Assembly (NCBI RefSeq): GCF_006345805.1
Contig: NC_043005.1
Span: 87,854,001 to 87,918,000, forward strand
DNA: 64,000 bases
From: Octopus sinensis
Taxonomy: Eukaryota
Direction of reading: 5' to 3'
Shown here piece after piece: positions 26,551 through 40,164 of this stretch (the first letter of the stretch is position 1; every line of letters begins with the position of its first letter). Position numbers and translations under genes: made by a program. Under the pieces are notes generated by a model. The model ran no database searches. It was not told the DNA's origin and saw nothing but the letters and a program-made list of their open reading frames with translations.

Positions 26551-26566
26551 TATATATATATATATA

Positions 26567-27394
26567 CGGGGTACCATAGATAAATTGTTGCTATGCTATT
26601 ATTTTATTTTCGTGCATGCGCATTGTTTCTCTTTTATTTTGTCGACGACACAGTATTGTAGGGTCAGTTGGGCACCGTGAATGAGAAAATTAGAGCCATG
26701 ATGTGATTCACTCTGCCAGAAATTTGGAAACCACATGTTGTACTGCTTGCCATTCTCGCTAAAAGCAGCAATACGAACATCTCAGAGTGTTTGGATATCA
26801 ATTTGAGGACATGTACCGAGAGTGATAAAAATAAAACATTGGAATGATGTCCAAACTAATGATGGCGACGTTAAGCCTCCATTCATTTTCCCACACGACC
26901 TCAGGCTCAACTCGGAGGTCTACATTAAATGCTTGGATGAGGTAGTGCTGCCTTGGGTGAAGAGAGTGGCTGCTGGGAGACCTTACGTCGGGCAACAGAA
27001 CTCTGCGCCATGCCACACAAGCAAGAAAGCCCAATGATGGCTGTCAGACAATTTCTGCGACCACATCACCCCTTACATCTGGCCACCTAACTCCCCACCC
27101 CGCAACCCCCTTGATTATTATGTGTGGGGTGCAGTTGAGCGAAAGACCAAAGATGAACTGAAGGCAAGGATTATGGCAGCATTCACCACCTTAAACAAGG
27201 AGACCATCCAAAAGAGTTGCAGGCGATTCTGAAGTCGTCTGGAAGCCGTGGTTAAAGCCAATGGCGATTTTATTGAATGAATAAACCCATTAGTATTTCA
27301 AGATATTTTCCAATAATTTTGGTAAATATATCTGTTAAAATGACTTATTTTCAATTTTGTGTAATTCAGATGACAATATATTCACTGCAACCTG
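26567..27394 (+). mobile_element. Internally deleted maT/DD37D-type transposon
   Basis: TA-flanked ends; DGDVKPPFIFPHDLRLN..VVLPWVKRVAAGRPYVGQQNSAPCHTS; WPPNS..NPLDYYVWGAVE. Confidence 0.9.
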
Positions 27395-27477
27395 TATATG
27401 TATATATACATATGTGTGTGTGTGTGTGTGTATGTGTGTGTGTGTTTGCATGTGTGTGTGTTTGTGTGTGTGTGTGT

Positions 27478-27680
27478 GTCTTTGTTTCTGTGTTTGTCCT
27501 CCTAATCACTGCTTGACGACTAGTGGCGGAGTGTTTACCTTCCCGGAACTTAGCAGTTCGGCAAAATACCGATAAAATGAGTGTCATGCTTAAAAAAATA
27601 AACACAGGGGTTGATGTAATCCATTAGCCCCTAACCCCCCAATTTTCTAGACCTTGTGTCTCTAATAGAACAGATTGTTA
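27478..27680 (+). mobile_element. SINE B 3' half followed by SINE A tail
   Basis: GTTCGGCAAAATACCGATAAAATGAGT then GGGGTTGATGTAATCCATTAGCCCC. Confidence 0.7.
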
Positions 27681-27873
27681 TTCTAAATTTTATCAACATA
27701 GTCGCAATTTGCTTCATCGAAAACGTATCCTTTTAAAATTTCATTTAAAATGTCTATTTTTAAAGCAAGTTGTAGAAAAAGCTCACTCTGTGCCTCTGAT
27801 CTTAACTATATCGCTTCTCTTTCTTTTGCAATCACCCCACTCTCTGTCGCTGTGTGTGACTCTCTCTTTCTTG

Positions 27874-27904
<31 letters not shown>

Positions 27905-29023
27905 ACTCCGTTCAGAGTAGAGTTTTACTGGAGAATCCAAGCAACCAACATTTATATCGGCCATTATTATATTCTGTTTATACTGATTTCTCACCATTGT
28001 CCCCGCCTCTCATTTTCAACGTCCTTAACAATTGTGCTGTAATTTCCTTCTGTCTCAAGCTAAAAAGCATCTCTCAATCCACTGGAAATCGTTCGTATAT
28101 GTTATCAGTTATATCCCGTATCCTTGTTTGATATCAATTCACACCATTTGCTTACAGGAGTTCTTCCCTTAGATCCAGTTCTCGGTGTTTCTACATTATA
28201 GCAGCAAAAATTCCAAAGCTTTTAAAATTTACTTATTGAAATGATTGTCTTGAGAAATTTATGCTTGGTTGTTGAAGGTTAAAGCACATATTTCCCCAAT
28301 TTTTACATGTTAAGTCCAGAGGAAGGTACGGGGCGCATAACATTTGCAGGCATTTCATGACAAGGGAGGTTATTTAAGAAATACTAAATTTCTAAATCTC
28401 TCGTAGAGACATGTACGGTGGTGGAGCGATAGAATGGTTGTATACTGTCAATCTAACACGAACGTGACAGTAGGGGGGGTACACTACCTCTTATTAAACC
28501 GCTACCGTTCAATACACGCAGGAAGAACATGAGTTAAGAGAGCATTCTCGATGGAGCAGACTTCTTGAGAAGAAAGAACTGCGCATAATTGTTAGTGAAC
28601 TGTCGATGGAGTTGGTCGTAGGCACAATTGCAGCGGTGGAAATATGAGCGGGTCGTATGTGGGGGGGGGCTGCACATTATCTGGAAAGTAGATTGTATTT
28701 ACCCGAGACCAAAAATTCAATTCACAATGAAATTCCCACTTCTTTCTAAATTGTCTTCCCTTTTCTTTGAGTGTTGTTACCAAATGCCGCTAGCTTTTAC
28801 TTTACTCTCCACAGATGACAGGAAAACTTCTTTCTGTTGATTAAGACAATTTACGTGCGTTATTCTGTACATCAAAAACTACCTGTAATTATACAGGGAG
28901 TTTTAGATTGTTTCTCTTATTCACAAAATCTTACTGCGACATCTGAAGTTTCAATGAATAATAAAAATCAAAGCTACCTCTATACATCCTCAAATAATGT
29001 TTTCCATCTACCGCTACCGTCCA

Positions 29024-29102
<79 letters not shown>

Positions 29103-29106
29103 ATAT

Positions 29107-29189
<83 letters not shown>

Positions 29190-30058
29190 TACATATAAAT
29201 ATATATGGGTGTGTGCGTATGTGTGTGTATATACATACATATATATATATATAATATATACATACATATATCTATCTATCTATATATAATATATATATAC
29301 ATACATACATATATCTATATATAGATATATACAATATATATATACATATATATATATATACATACATATATCTATATATATATATATATATACATACATG
29401 CATACATACATACATACATACATACATACATACATACATACATACATACATACATACATACATACATACATACATACGTTAATCTTATATAGACTTAAGA
29501 AAATGATTTGTTGTCTCTTTGAATTATTAACCTCGCGGAGCAATGGATGAGATCGGACACCTCAAAGGAAACGCTGGTATGAATCAAATCCCATTCCAAT
29601 AGACGAGGCAAACACTTCTCATACAATAGAAGCAATTAGTAGAAGACATCTGAAAACAGCTGAAGACATAATCAACAAAAATTTAGCTACAATAGATTTA
29701 GTGAAGATGGGTATTACCTTCAAGTAAAATTTCTTTGAAGACGGCTTTATAGGCTTCGTAATATTAACTCGGCGGACCGCACTGGTTTGCAATACATAAC
29801 AATATATGGGTGTGTGCGTGTGTGAGTGTATATACACTTATGTGTGTATATATATATATGAGTCTTTTATTTTTTTTTATTTGTTTCAGTCACTACATTG
29901 GTGACAGGTTCCGTTAAGGTTAATGTTTAAAAAATTTTTAGTCGAATGGTTCAGCCCAAAGACATTAAATTTTAACCATAGCACTAATTCTATCGGTCTC
30001 ACTGCTTGAACCAATAAATTACGGGAAAGTAAGGACATATATACATATATACATACAT

Positions 30059-30102
<44 letters not shown>

Positions 30103-30108
30103 TATATA

Positions 30109-30231
30109 TTGGCCTGCTCGCTTAGCCAGCGGGGTGGCGTCATTCGAAGGCCAAAACAATGCGAACGCATTGTGACAGCGATGTGTAACTACATCTGATG
30201 GACTGGTCGGTCACGTGATCACGTGACGTGA
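30109..30231 (+). mobile_element. SINE family D 3' part
   Basis: TTGGCCTGCTCGCTTAGCCAGCGGGGTGGCGTCATTCGAAGGCC...TCACGTGATCACGTGA. Confidence 0.85.
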
Positions 30232-30250
30232 TATATATATATATATATAT

Positions 30251-30433
30251 AAAGTTAATCCAAACAAGAAAGCACAAAAAAACACAACGCGAAGACGTGG
30301 AACAAATATAGTATTATTGGACGCTCAGGAAAGAAGGAAAGAAGGAGGGTTTAACGTTTCGAGCGGAGCTCTTCGTCGGAAACATAGGAGAAGGTAAGAG
30401 CCAGAGAAGGGAAGACAGAGGAAAAAAATCGTC
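30251..30433 (-). mobile_element. Short Penelope-like repeat with minimal hammerhead (30349-30383)
   Basis: GTTT-CCGACGA-A-GAGC/TCC/GCTC-GAAA-CG-TT-AAAC; perfect stem II, core U4 changed to C. Confidence 0.75.
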
Positions 30434-30479
30434 ATACATACATATATATATACATATATATAGACACACACACACACAC

Positions 30480-30543
<64 letters not shown>

Positions 30544-30617
30544 TATATATATATATATATAATATATATAATATATCATTAAACTACGGTAGTAGTTAAA
30601 TAATATTCTTAAAACCT

Positions 30618-30842
30618 AAGGCGGCGAGCTGGCAGAATCGTTAGCACGCCGGGCGGAACGCTTACTTAAGGGCATTTCGCCCGTCTTCACATTCTGAGTT
30701 CAAATTCCGCCGAGGTCGACTTTGCCTTTCATCCTTTCTGGGTCGATGAATGAAGTACCATTGAATCACTGAGGTCGATGTAATCGGCTAGTACCCTCCA
30801 CCGAAATTTCAGCTCATTGTGCCTTCAGTAGAGAAGAATATT
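30618..30842 (+). mobile_element. SINE family A
   Basis: AAGGCGGCGAGCTGGCAGAATCGTTAGCACGCCGGGCG...GTCGACTTTGCCTTTCATCC. Confidence 0.93.
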
Positions 30843-31146
30843 CTTAAAGCCGCAATTTACTCACACGCAGCACCTTTCAGATCTTGAAAAAGTTTACATT
30901 AAGAATTGTAGTAACGTTATAAGAGAGTAAGTAAAGCCACCAATGAAGTTTAGATCTAGATAACTTTTTTTCTAACTTTAAAAGCAAAATATATTCATCT
31001 TAGCTTCACTTATAGAAGAAAGCATGAAGTAATTCATAGTTTTGTTCCCATGCAACAAAAATTTGTATCAAAAAAAGTTGTGAGGTAAAATATCATGAAA
31101 AATATATAACACAAAACTTGGATATAAGTATACTTTTCTTTTATTC

Positions 31147-31343
31147 TTTTACATGTTTCACTCATTTGATTGCGGCCATGTTGGAGCACCGCCTTTACTC
31201 GAACAAATCAACACCAGGCCTTAAGACTAGTACTCATTCTATCGGTCTCTTTTGCCGAACCGCTCCGTTACGGAAACGTAAACATACCAATATCGGTAGT
31301 CAAAGATTGGTGGGAGACAAACACAGACATACAAACACACACA

Positions 31344-31386
<43 letters not shown>

Positions 31387-31535
31387 GACGGGCTTCTTTC
31401 AGTTTCCGTCTACCAAATCTACTCACACGGCTTTGGTCGGCCGCAGGCTGTAGTAGAAGACACCGGCGCAAGGTGCTGCGCAGTAGGACTAAAACCGGAG
31501 CCATGTGGTTGACAAGCAAGCTACTTACCAAACAG
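31147..31535 (-). mobile_element. SINE family B, near full length
   Basis: Complete motif series with internal (TA)n. Confidence 0.92.
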
Positions 31536-31658
31536 GCATGTATGTATGTATGTATGCATGTATGTATGTATGTATCTTTGTATGTACATATAAAGCACGA
31601 TTTATTAGTGATCAGAGGTGTTCGTAAACCTAGGCACAACTCTGTGTGTGTATGTGTT

Positions 31659-31692
<34 letters not shown>

Positions 31693-31696
31693 CGTG

Positions 31697-31727
<31 letters not shown>

Positions 31728-31762
31728 GTATATATATATGTGTATATATATATATATGTATA

Positions 31763-31798
<36 letters not shown>

Positions 31799-31819
31799 TA
31801 TATAATATATATGTGCGCG

Positions 31820-31939
31820 TGTGTGTGTGTGTGTCTGTACTTGTCCCTACAAAAGAGACCGATAGAATAATAACTAGGCTTACAAAGAATATGTCCTGGG
31901 GGTCAATTTGCTTGAATCAAATGACTGAAACAATTAAAA

Positions 31940-31940
<1 letters not shown>
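31820..31940 (+). mobile_element. SINE family B 3' end
   Basis: CAAAAGAGACCGATAGAATAATAACTAGGCTTACAAAGAATATGTCCTGGGG. Confidence 0.85.
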
Positions 31941-31996
<56 letters not shown>

Positions 31997-32490
31997 ATAA
32001 TATATATATATATATATACATACAAACATACATATATCTACATATATATACATACGTATACATATGTATACATATACATATATAGATATACATATATATA
32101 ATATATATATATATACACATATAAATATATATATGCATATGTATATACATACATATATATATATATATACATATATATATACACACATATATGTATATAC
32201 ATACATATATTTACTCCCACCCATCTCTCCTCTCTTGCTTCGATTCCTACGTCTTTTCTTCATTCCTATATTCTTTCTCTCTTCTCTTTACTCCTACCCA
32301 CCATCTCCCTTCCCCCTCTCCTTTCATCTTCACCCATCCCTCGTAACCCCACTCTTACACAGTCCAACTTCACCTTCCCTATCCATCCCATCCCACCCAC
32401 CCCACCTATCCCTTATATCTACTGCCATTTATCCCACCTCTATCCCCACCCGCAGCATGCTCTCTTATACACACGCACGCGTACCTTCGC

Positions 32491-32675
32491 TAGCCACTAC
32501 ACATTCTTTATTTTCTCTCCTTGTTTCTTTCTGTGTTCCTTTCTATGGAAGAGCGTAGGCTAGAAACTTCCCGAGCGTTATACTAATACATCTCTTTGTT
32601 TTCTACACCACCTGTTTTTCTTCTTTTGTTTTTTTGTGAAATCTCCCCCTAAATGTATACATACACTCACACACG

Positions 32676-32732
<57 letters not shown>

Positions 32733-33068
32733 GTATATATATATATAAACGTATATATATATATACGTAAGGGGTATCAGCCATCTGAATGTGGCTAGCC
32801 ACTGGGGGGGGGGTTACTGATGCTTTTAGCCCCAGGCGATCAACGTCACCAGAAGGACTTTAGACACTATCTCAGTGTCCTTGTTTTGTTTGCAAAGGGA
32901 GGTCATCCTCCCTCGAAGACTGTCTAAAGTCCTTCTGGTGACGTTGATCGCCTGGGGCTAAAAACATCAGTAACACCCCCCTCCCAGTGGCTAGCCACAT
33001 TCAGATGGCTGATACCCCTTACGTTGTCGAGCGGTTACTGTTTATATCTCGTTCAGAGATTTATTATT

Positions 33069-33071
<3 letters not shown>
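32491..33071 (+). mobile_element. Composite repeat, copy 2: hammerhead-variant unit, microsatellite, ~102-bp hairpin, tail
   Basis: Unit 32491-32650 contains CTATGGAAGAGCGTAGGCTAGAAAC; arms 32765-32866 / 32921-33024; same tail as copy 1. Confidence 0.8.
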
Positions 33072-33125
<54 letters not shown>

Positions 33126-33201
33126 TATATATGTATATGTATGTATGTATGTACGTATATTGATAGATAGATAGATAAATAGTTAGATAGATAGATAGAT
33201 A

Positions 33202-36200
33202 ACTTTTTATTGTGGCCACACAGGGCTAAACACAGAATAAAAATGGACGAAATACGATGTGGAGTTTTTTCTTTTCGAGGTGGAATGGGTGGGACATACA
33301 AAGAAAAAAAACGTTCGATCAATAGGGATCTGTGGGTTGTGTGGTGTATAAAAATATAATATATATATATAAATAAAGTTCATAGTTTAGGTGTAGCCGT
33401 GGAAAGAAAAACCTACAAAAAAGGCCATGGTCACCTGAGACAGTTCGAAAATGAACACATGAGTAAGTCGCCTTACCTCTCGTTGTCTCTGTTGGTCACA
33501 GATTTACGCTTTGTCGTCTTTCATACTGACCATTTTTGCCACTTTTACCCACTTTTTATTAAAACATTCGTTCGACAAAGCCTTCCTGTCTATTCTCATC
33601 CTCCTTTTCAAGTGGTACTTGAAAAAGTTGACGAGAGACTGACCAGAGAGGAAGGTGTTTGTTTGCAGTCCTTTCAAACGCGTCCACCACACACATTCTT
33701 TCGCCATAGCCATCAGCGTAACGAAAACCGTTTTCCCTTCCCGTTTAATGGAAGGTGATGGAACGATATTCAAGATAGACTCGGCCGATAAGCGGGCCCG
33801 TCCTACACGCGACAACAGCTGTTCGACGAAGGACCACAGCTCTGAAATATCTGGACACTGCACGAGTGCGTGCAGAACGGTTTCGTCGCTCTGACCGCAT
33901 CTCGGGCAGGTCGGTCCGGTGAGGATTTTCGAACCGTGCCTGTAGCTCTTCTCTCGAACAGGTAGTGCGTCTCGATAGCATTGCCAAGCCAGGGATTTCT
34001 GGAAGTTATCCATAGGCCCCGGTCCGAACGTCGTCCTGAACAGGCGGGTTAGGAATTTCTCGTCGACGCCCAGGTTTTCCCCGAGTGTGTCTTCGGACCT
34101 CCCCTCCACCAGTCCTCTATAGAACGCTTTACTCGTTGGTAAGTTGCACAAGTTTGACCCCGGTCGGCAGAGCTGTTGTAGAGCTTGGCGACATTCTCGG
34201 GGCCAATCGCCCAGTTCCAGTTTCTTCCTGATCCACGTTTGCAGTTCGGTCAGTGAGACGAGCTGCGGGAAGGCGCGCCTCGCAAACGGCGCCCACACCT
34301 GTTCACCGTCATCGATGAAGTTCCGGAGATGTCGCAGTCTCAGCGCATGCCTGCGCATCATCAACCACGGCATGCCTAGTCCTCCATTCAACGGATATTG
34401 ACAGCAAATGGACCTCCTCACCATTGGAACGCCACCCTTCCACAAGAAGCGGAAGAGTATGCGTTCCAGTTTGATGATGGTGGCGTCGGGACAAGGCACG
34501 ACGGTCAGGCGGTAATCGATGACGGATCGATGTACGCGTTCGCCACCTCCGCCCGACCTTTTAGAGACAGCTTTCTCTCGGCCTATGTTTGGCTGAGAGC
34601 GACCACTCTACTCGTGATCTCGTCCCAGTTCTTATCCATTTGGAGGTCCGTACTGAACCACACCCCGAGCAATTTAACCGGTCCGTCCGTCCAGCGTCCC
34701 ACTACTGAGCCGCAGTCGGACGGCATGGGCTTGCTTGTCCAGGTGCCGAGTAGCAAACCCACTGACTTTTCCGGGTTAATCTTCGCTCCCGTCACCATTT
34801 CGTATTTTCTTAGTGTCTCGCCTATCATGTTGATTTATTTTTCGCTCGACACTATGACATCGTCCGCATATGCCGACACGCTCGTCCTGCAACCCAGTTT
34901 CCGTGGGATGCCCCTCAGTGTCGCCAGCTTCCGCAGTAGCGGCTCGAGAGTCAATACATACAGAAGCGCCGACAGGGGACACCCCTGACGGACCGAACGC
35001 GTGATGTCAAACGATTTCGACAGGTGGCCGTTCACCCGAATCACCGATCGGGTGCCGCTATACAAGGCAGCGATCCAACCGCGGAAGACGGGACCGAAGC
35101 CAGCCGCCCTGAGGACGGCCGCCAAGTACCGATGGTCGACCCTACCGAAGGCCTTAGACTGATCCAAATTGATCAGCGCCCCACCAATGCCAGGATCCTT
35201 AACTACCCTGTTCACAATGTAGCGCACCAGATGGAGGTTGTCATGTATGGTTCTGCCCGGCACAGCGCATGTTTGCGCCCTGTCGACCAGTTTACCAATG
35301 ACAAGCGCCAACCTCTCGGCTATTACTTTGGCCAAAATTTTCAAATCTGCGTTGAGCAGAGTGATGGGCCTGAAATTATCTATAAAATTCCCCTTGTTTG
35401 GGTTTTTCTTCAGCAACGTCACTGCACCTCGGCTCACGAAGCCGGGTATTCTCCCTTTTTGTTGCCAGTTGCACTAGGCTGATGCCAAGAGGTCGCCAAG
35501 TCTGGCATTTGACAATACAGCTCGTAGGGTAAACCATCCAATCCAGGGTACTTATCTCTCGTGCATCCCGCCATCGCATCCCGCACGTCAGCGGCCGAGA
35601 TGGGACTTTCACAACACTCCGCTTCTCTAGCCGAGAGCCGCGGCAGGTCGGTCAGGTAGGCACTGAAATCCATCCCGCGTTCCGACCCACCACTCGCACC
35701 AAACAGTCGAGCAAAGTGTTGTTGAAAGGCCTCACACATCCTTTCGGGTTCGAGTAAACTGCATCCCTGTTGATCTATTAGAGACCGAATGGTGGCTCTG
35801 TTGCCACGCTGCGCCTCTGCTACCCGGGCCCCTCACGCAGTTTCGATCCCTTCGTTCCTTAAGGCACGCATTTTAGCTCTGACGACGCAACCCGCGTGCT
35901 TGGCGTTGAGGTGTTGGTCGAGGGCCATCCTCGCAGCCAGCACGTTGGTTGCGCTGCCAGTGGTAAGTGCCTCTTCTAGTTTCTTAAGCAGGTCTCCCTC
36001 TACTCTATTTCGATATATCGCTAATTCCTTGCTAAACCTAATTAATTCCGATTTTATTGCCATTTTCAAGGCGAACCATCAGCGGTTGTTAACAACGGTT
36101 CTCGTCAGCGCCCTCTTAATTAACCCGCTAATCCAGTTCCTGTAAACCTGTCGCGCTAAGAGCGACGTGTTCAGTTTCCAGTAACCGGGACCCTGTCTAT

Positions 36201-37530
36201 GTGTCTTATCTAAGTCGAGCGTTCACGTCACAAATTTGTGATCTGTGTAGCTGACTATTTTAAATTGTGGACATCCTACACTATCCCTATCCGCTGTCCT
36301 GCATAGAATTCTGTCTAGATAAGATCTCGACGATCCGGCGCGGTTTGTCCAAGTCCACGTTGGCACGTTCGGATGGTCGAGTCGGAACCTGTCAGACAAA
36401 TGGAAACGTCTGAGTAGGTCTTTGAGGCACTTACACCCCCTTCTATTCCTATCCATTCCCACATAATCTAGATGCGTGTCCAAGGTAGCGTTCCAATCCC
36501 CTACTAACAGTAATGGTCTAGACGTACCCAGGAAAAACTCTAGATGCCTGAAGAAATCCGCCCGACCCGTTAAGGATGGTGCATAAACTGCCATCAGTCG
36601 GAATGCACACCCATTTCTACCAGCCTACCCTCCGGGTCTAGGAATGTTGTTCTTACTTTTACATTTAGACTCTTTCGAAAAAGTACCGCGGTACCTCCAT
36701 TTTTGTACACGGCGATTTCTAATATGTGGTGGTGGTTGTGGGTATATTAGGTTATGGTTGCTGATTATGCAACTAGCAAGGGGTGGAAAGTTGTCTGCAT
36801 AATTTGCCCCTGCGTTTGAGAAAGTTTCGGCAATTCGTTTGGTCGCGTTTATTTCTTTCTCTCCTTCACTTGATGGTGGAGGGAACAATGGCTGAAGGGA
36901 ATTGTTGTTGTTGTTATTGTTGTTATTGTTATTGTCGTTCTTGATGGCGACGGTGGTGTTAGTAGCAAGGGAGGCAGTCGTAGTAGCAGATATTGTAGTG
37001 GTGGCATTGGTATTGACGACACGGTCTTTGGTGGCGGTGATCTTGGTATTGTTATTGTTGTTGGTAGTAGTATCGTTAGCAGAGGTAGCAGAAGCTGCCA
37101 TAGTGGTGGCATCGGTGTTGATGGTGGAATCATTGGTGGCGGTGAGGGTGCTTGGCCTTACGACCTTTGTTTTGTAGTTGTTGCTGTTGTCGTTGCTGAT
37201 GGTGGTGGTGGCGGTGTTGTCAGGTTCAGCGTACGCTGACAGGGGATCCTGCTTTTTTGTCTCTGCGTCACGCTTGACTTGCACCTCAGCCTCGTGGTAA
37301 CCAGTAGCCATTTTTGAAAGTAAAACGGCTAAATGAAACCACGAAGGCTATGAGAATTTTTTTTAAATTTTGCTCACAAAGAGCAAAATTTTGTGTAGAT
37401 ATTAATCAAGGTTTGCAGTGGGTGTTGTTGCACAACTTTTAAACACAAAATATTTGACAATAAACAATTCTCAACGTACAAAATGACCAACTTACGTGGA
37501 GCCCATTCGACTAGCGTCCGTCCATGTCGA
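33202..37530 (-). mobile_element. Tx1/L1-clade LINE, ~4.3 kb, internally deleted and frameshifted
   Basis: EN motifs AVYAP, VGDWN, RSYLDRI, TDHK; RT motifs NFRPITLLNADLKILAKV, LDQSKAF, VRQGCPLS, AYADD; C-terminal CPRC..ETVLHALVQC; 3' AATAAA; (GATA)n at both ends. Confidence 0.95.
36625..37311 (-). pseudogene. Thr/Asn-rich N-terminal ORF1 remnant of the Tx1-type LINE, running out of frame into the EN region
   Basis: 228-aa ORF starting ~220 bp from the 5' junction; its last ~25 codons overlap EN sequence GGTAVLFRKSLNVKV in another frame. Confidence 0.6.
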
Positions 37531-37532
37531 GA

Positions 37533-37608
<76 letters not shown>

Positions 37609-37661
37609 TAGATAGATAGATAGATAGATAGATTGATAGATAGATAGATAGATAGATAGAT

Positions 37662-37718
<57 letters not shown>

Positions 37719-37745
37719 CAAATAGATAGATATAGATATAGATAT
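37531..37745. repeat. (GATA)n/(GACA)n microsatellite
   Basis: Direct reading. Confidence 0.97.
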
Positions 37746-37867
37746 ATGGTACAGCTAGGTTGGCAGAATGCATATTGTAAGTATGATAATTTCATTCCGA
37801 TCCGTGATAATGGACAGAAAACATGGAAGTGAATATATTTGACTTTGATGTGGCGATGGCACTGGAA

Positions 37868-38030
37868 TATGCTAATTAATTAATGCAGTAACGATTTCAA
37901 GGAAATTATCGATGTTCCATGAAACGCGAAATGATGATCATATAGCTTAATGCAGATCCCAGATATTATGTACAGAACAACGGTTATTGATAGGATAGGA
38001 ATGGCCTGGAATATCAGAATACATACACAC
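37868..38030 (+). repeat. Unclassified interspersed repeat; inverted paralog at 39455-39625
   Basis: TAATTAATTAATGCAG.AACGATTTCAAGG..GATGTTCC..ATCATATAG.TTAAT..GGAAT.GC.TGGAATAT matches the reverse complement of 39455-39625. Confidence 0.75.
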
Positions 38031-38529
38031 ATACACACACACACACACATACACACACACACACACTCACACACACACATGCACATATAAAACATGAAGA
38101 TGGAATGAACAGACTTTAATCACAAATCACAATTCATAACTGTTTCTGATTAAAGCCTGTTCATAGAATCTTGATTTGTAATATTTTATACAAGTTCTAC
38201 ATTCACTAATGAAATTCCTTATATACACCCAATGAAAATATTAATCCTGCTGTATAATGACATATGATAGCTGATAACTGTATGGGAGATTTGAAGTGCA
38301 AGTTATGTGGTTGTTACTGAGATTATTTTAAATGTGTGTGTATGCATGTATGTGTGTGTGTATGCATGTATTATGTTTGTACTGATATTGTATTTGGAGT
38401 ATATGATACACGTTATATAACGAATAATCATATTTGTTAATGAAATGCACGTAAGATGCTATAAGTATAAAATAATTTTAAATAAGTAAGTCTGTATATA
38501 CATATATCTATATATTTATATATACATAC

Positions 38530-39025
38530 ACCAGCTGACCTACTCGGTAATTCCCGGGAAAGCGGGGGTCATCCCATGGTTCCATTCTCATAATTGTTTC
38601 GCTAATCCAATAACAACAATACAAAGTATGTAGCCCTTAAAACGGCTTTTGTGCATTTACAGAGAATACCGAACTGCCTTACACAGGATCTTGTTTTTAA
38701 GAATTCCGATTAAGTTATGAATACCCAAATTGGGAAGTCAGTTATATAATAACATGAAATTAGTTACCCGATATTAGCAATTCAAATAAAGTAGCCCCGA
38801 AAGATCTTAAATGCGTCCCCGGAGTATATAGAACTAAGGAGGGAATACTAATAAGGTACGTATACGAAAATCTTGAAGCATGTTACACAATTACAGGCTA
38901 ATCAGATATGAAATAAAAACAATAAAGACAAATAACTTTAAAAATGGCTTTTGTGCGTTCCCAGAAAATATTACCCTCAGTGGCGCTAGTGTTGATATAT
39001 TCATGAATAACCGAATTAGGTAGAT
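38530..39025 (-). mobile_element. Possible old non-autonomous Helitron
   Basis: Left end resembles a reverse-complemented Helitron 3' end (TCCCGGGAATTACCGAGTAGGTCAGCTGGT); right end TAGAT corresponds to A|TCTA; both degenerate. Confidence 0.35.
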
Positions 39026-39821
39026 CTATTGTTTAGAAAAATACTATTTATTTGTTTAAGGGTTGCACTGGATAAATTGCGAAAATAACTCCAACTGTTC
39101 AAATACTAAGAAATAAGCATATTCAATTTGATTCATACCAAATGATTTAGGAAAATGAATGGGTTATTTCCTTCGGCTGTGAAAATGTATATATACACAT
39201 ACTGGTATATATACCTAGATACATATGAAGGGTATATTCAATGTGTATGCTTAAATATCCATATGTACTTGTATGTATGTACACGTATGTATGCATGTAT
39301 GTATATGAGTAGAAGCCAAAACTAATGGGATTATTAACGAAATATAACTTTTACGCGTCGAGTTAATAGGGAATATCATAGCAGAATTGGATTATGGAGG
39401 ATTTTGCAATCTCTTTGAATTATCTCCTCGAATTAAGACAAGTCTATTTCCAATGCAATTCTGTCCTCATATTCCAAGCTATTCCTTTCTTATCAATATC
39501 CATTGGGCTGTCTATTTTATACATACATTGGATACGTATTAAACTATATGATTGTCACTTCGCATTTCGAGGAACATCGCTAAATCCCTTGAAATCGTAA
39601 CTGCATTAATTAATTAACGTATTCTAATCCCATTAGTACATCACTGTCAAATGCATACACCTCTATTCTTTCACTCCTTTATCATTGGATTGGAAGTAGA
39701 TGACTATCGTAACAGAAAGGGACGTCCATGCCTTTATCATAAAGATGCCGCCATCCATTGCCTGTGTGTGTGCTGACTTTCATTTTCTTAACAGATACCT
39801 ATATGATCATTTATATACAGG

Positions 39822-39857
<36 letters not shown>

Positions 39858-39867
39858 CGTTATACAT

Positions 39868-39901
<34 letters not shown>

Positions 39902-40164
39902 CAGTAATAATATAGGGTGAAATCAATTAATTTGGAATAATCATTAATTTCACCAAGTAGATTTCGGCAAGTAAAAGCCCCATTCGAGGAAAGTTTAAGT
40001 AATACTAAGTAATTAAGGGTTTAGCAACGATTTGACTCACCACACACCGAGTTTAGAAATAGCAGTCAAAGAGTTATAGCTATTCCTTCTACTAAAAGGG
40101 AGATCTCAGTAAAACCACAGCACAAGAGAGAAAGAAATGACGACAATCATACAATATTAAGTCA

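Noticed and set aside
32885-32925. GGGAGG-TCAT-CCTCCC hairpin followed by TCGAAGAC as a possible decayed hammerhead
   Set aside because: The upstream core matches only 4 of 7 positions; not supportable without a family consensus
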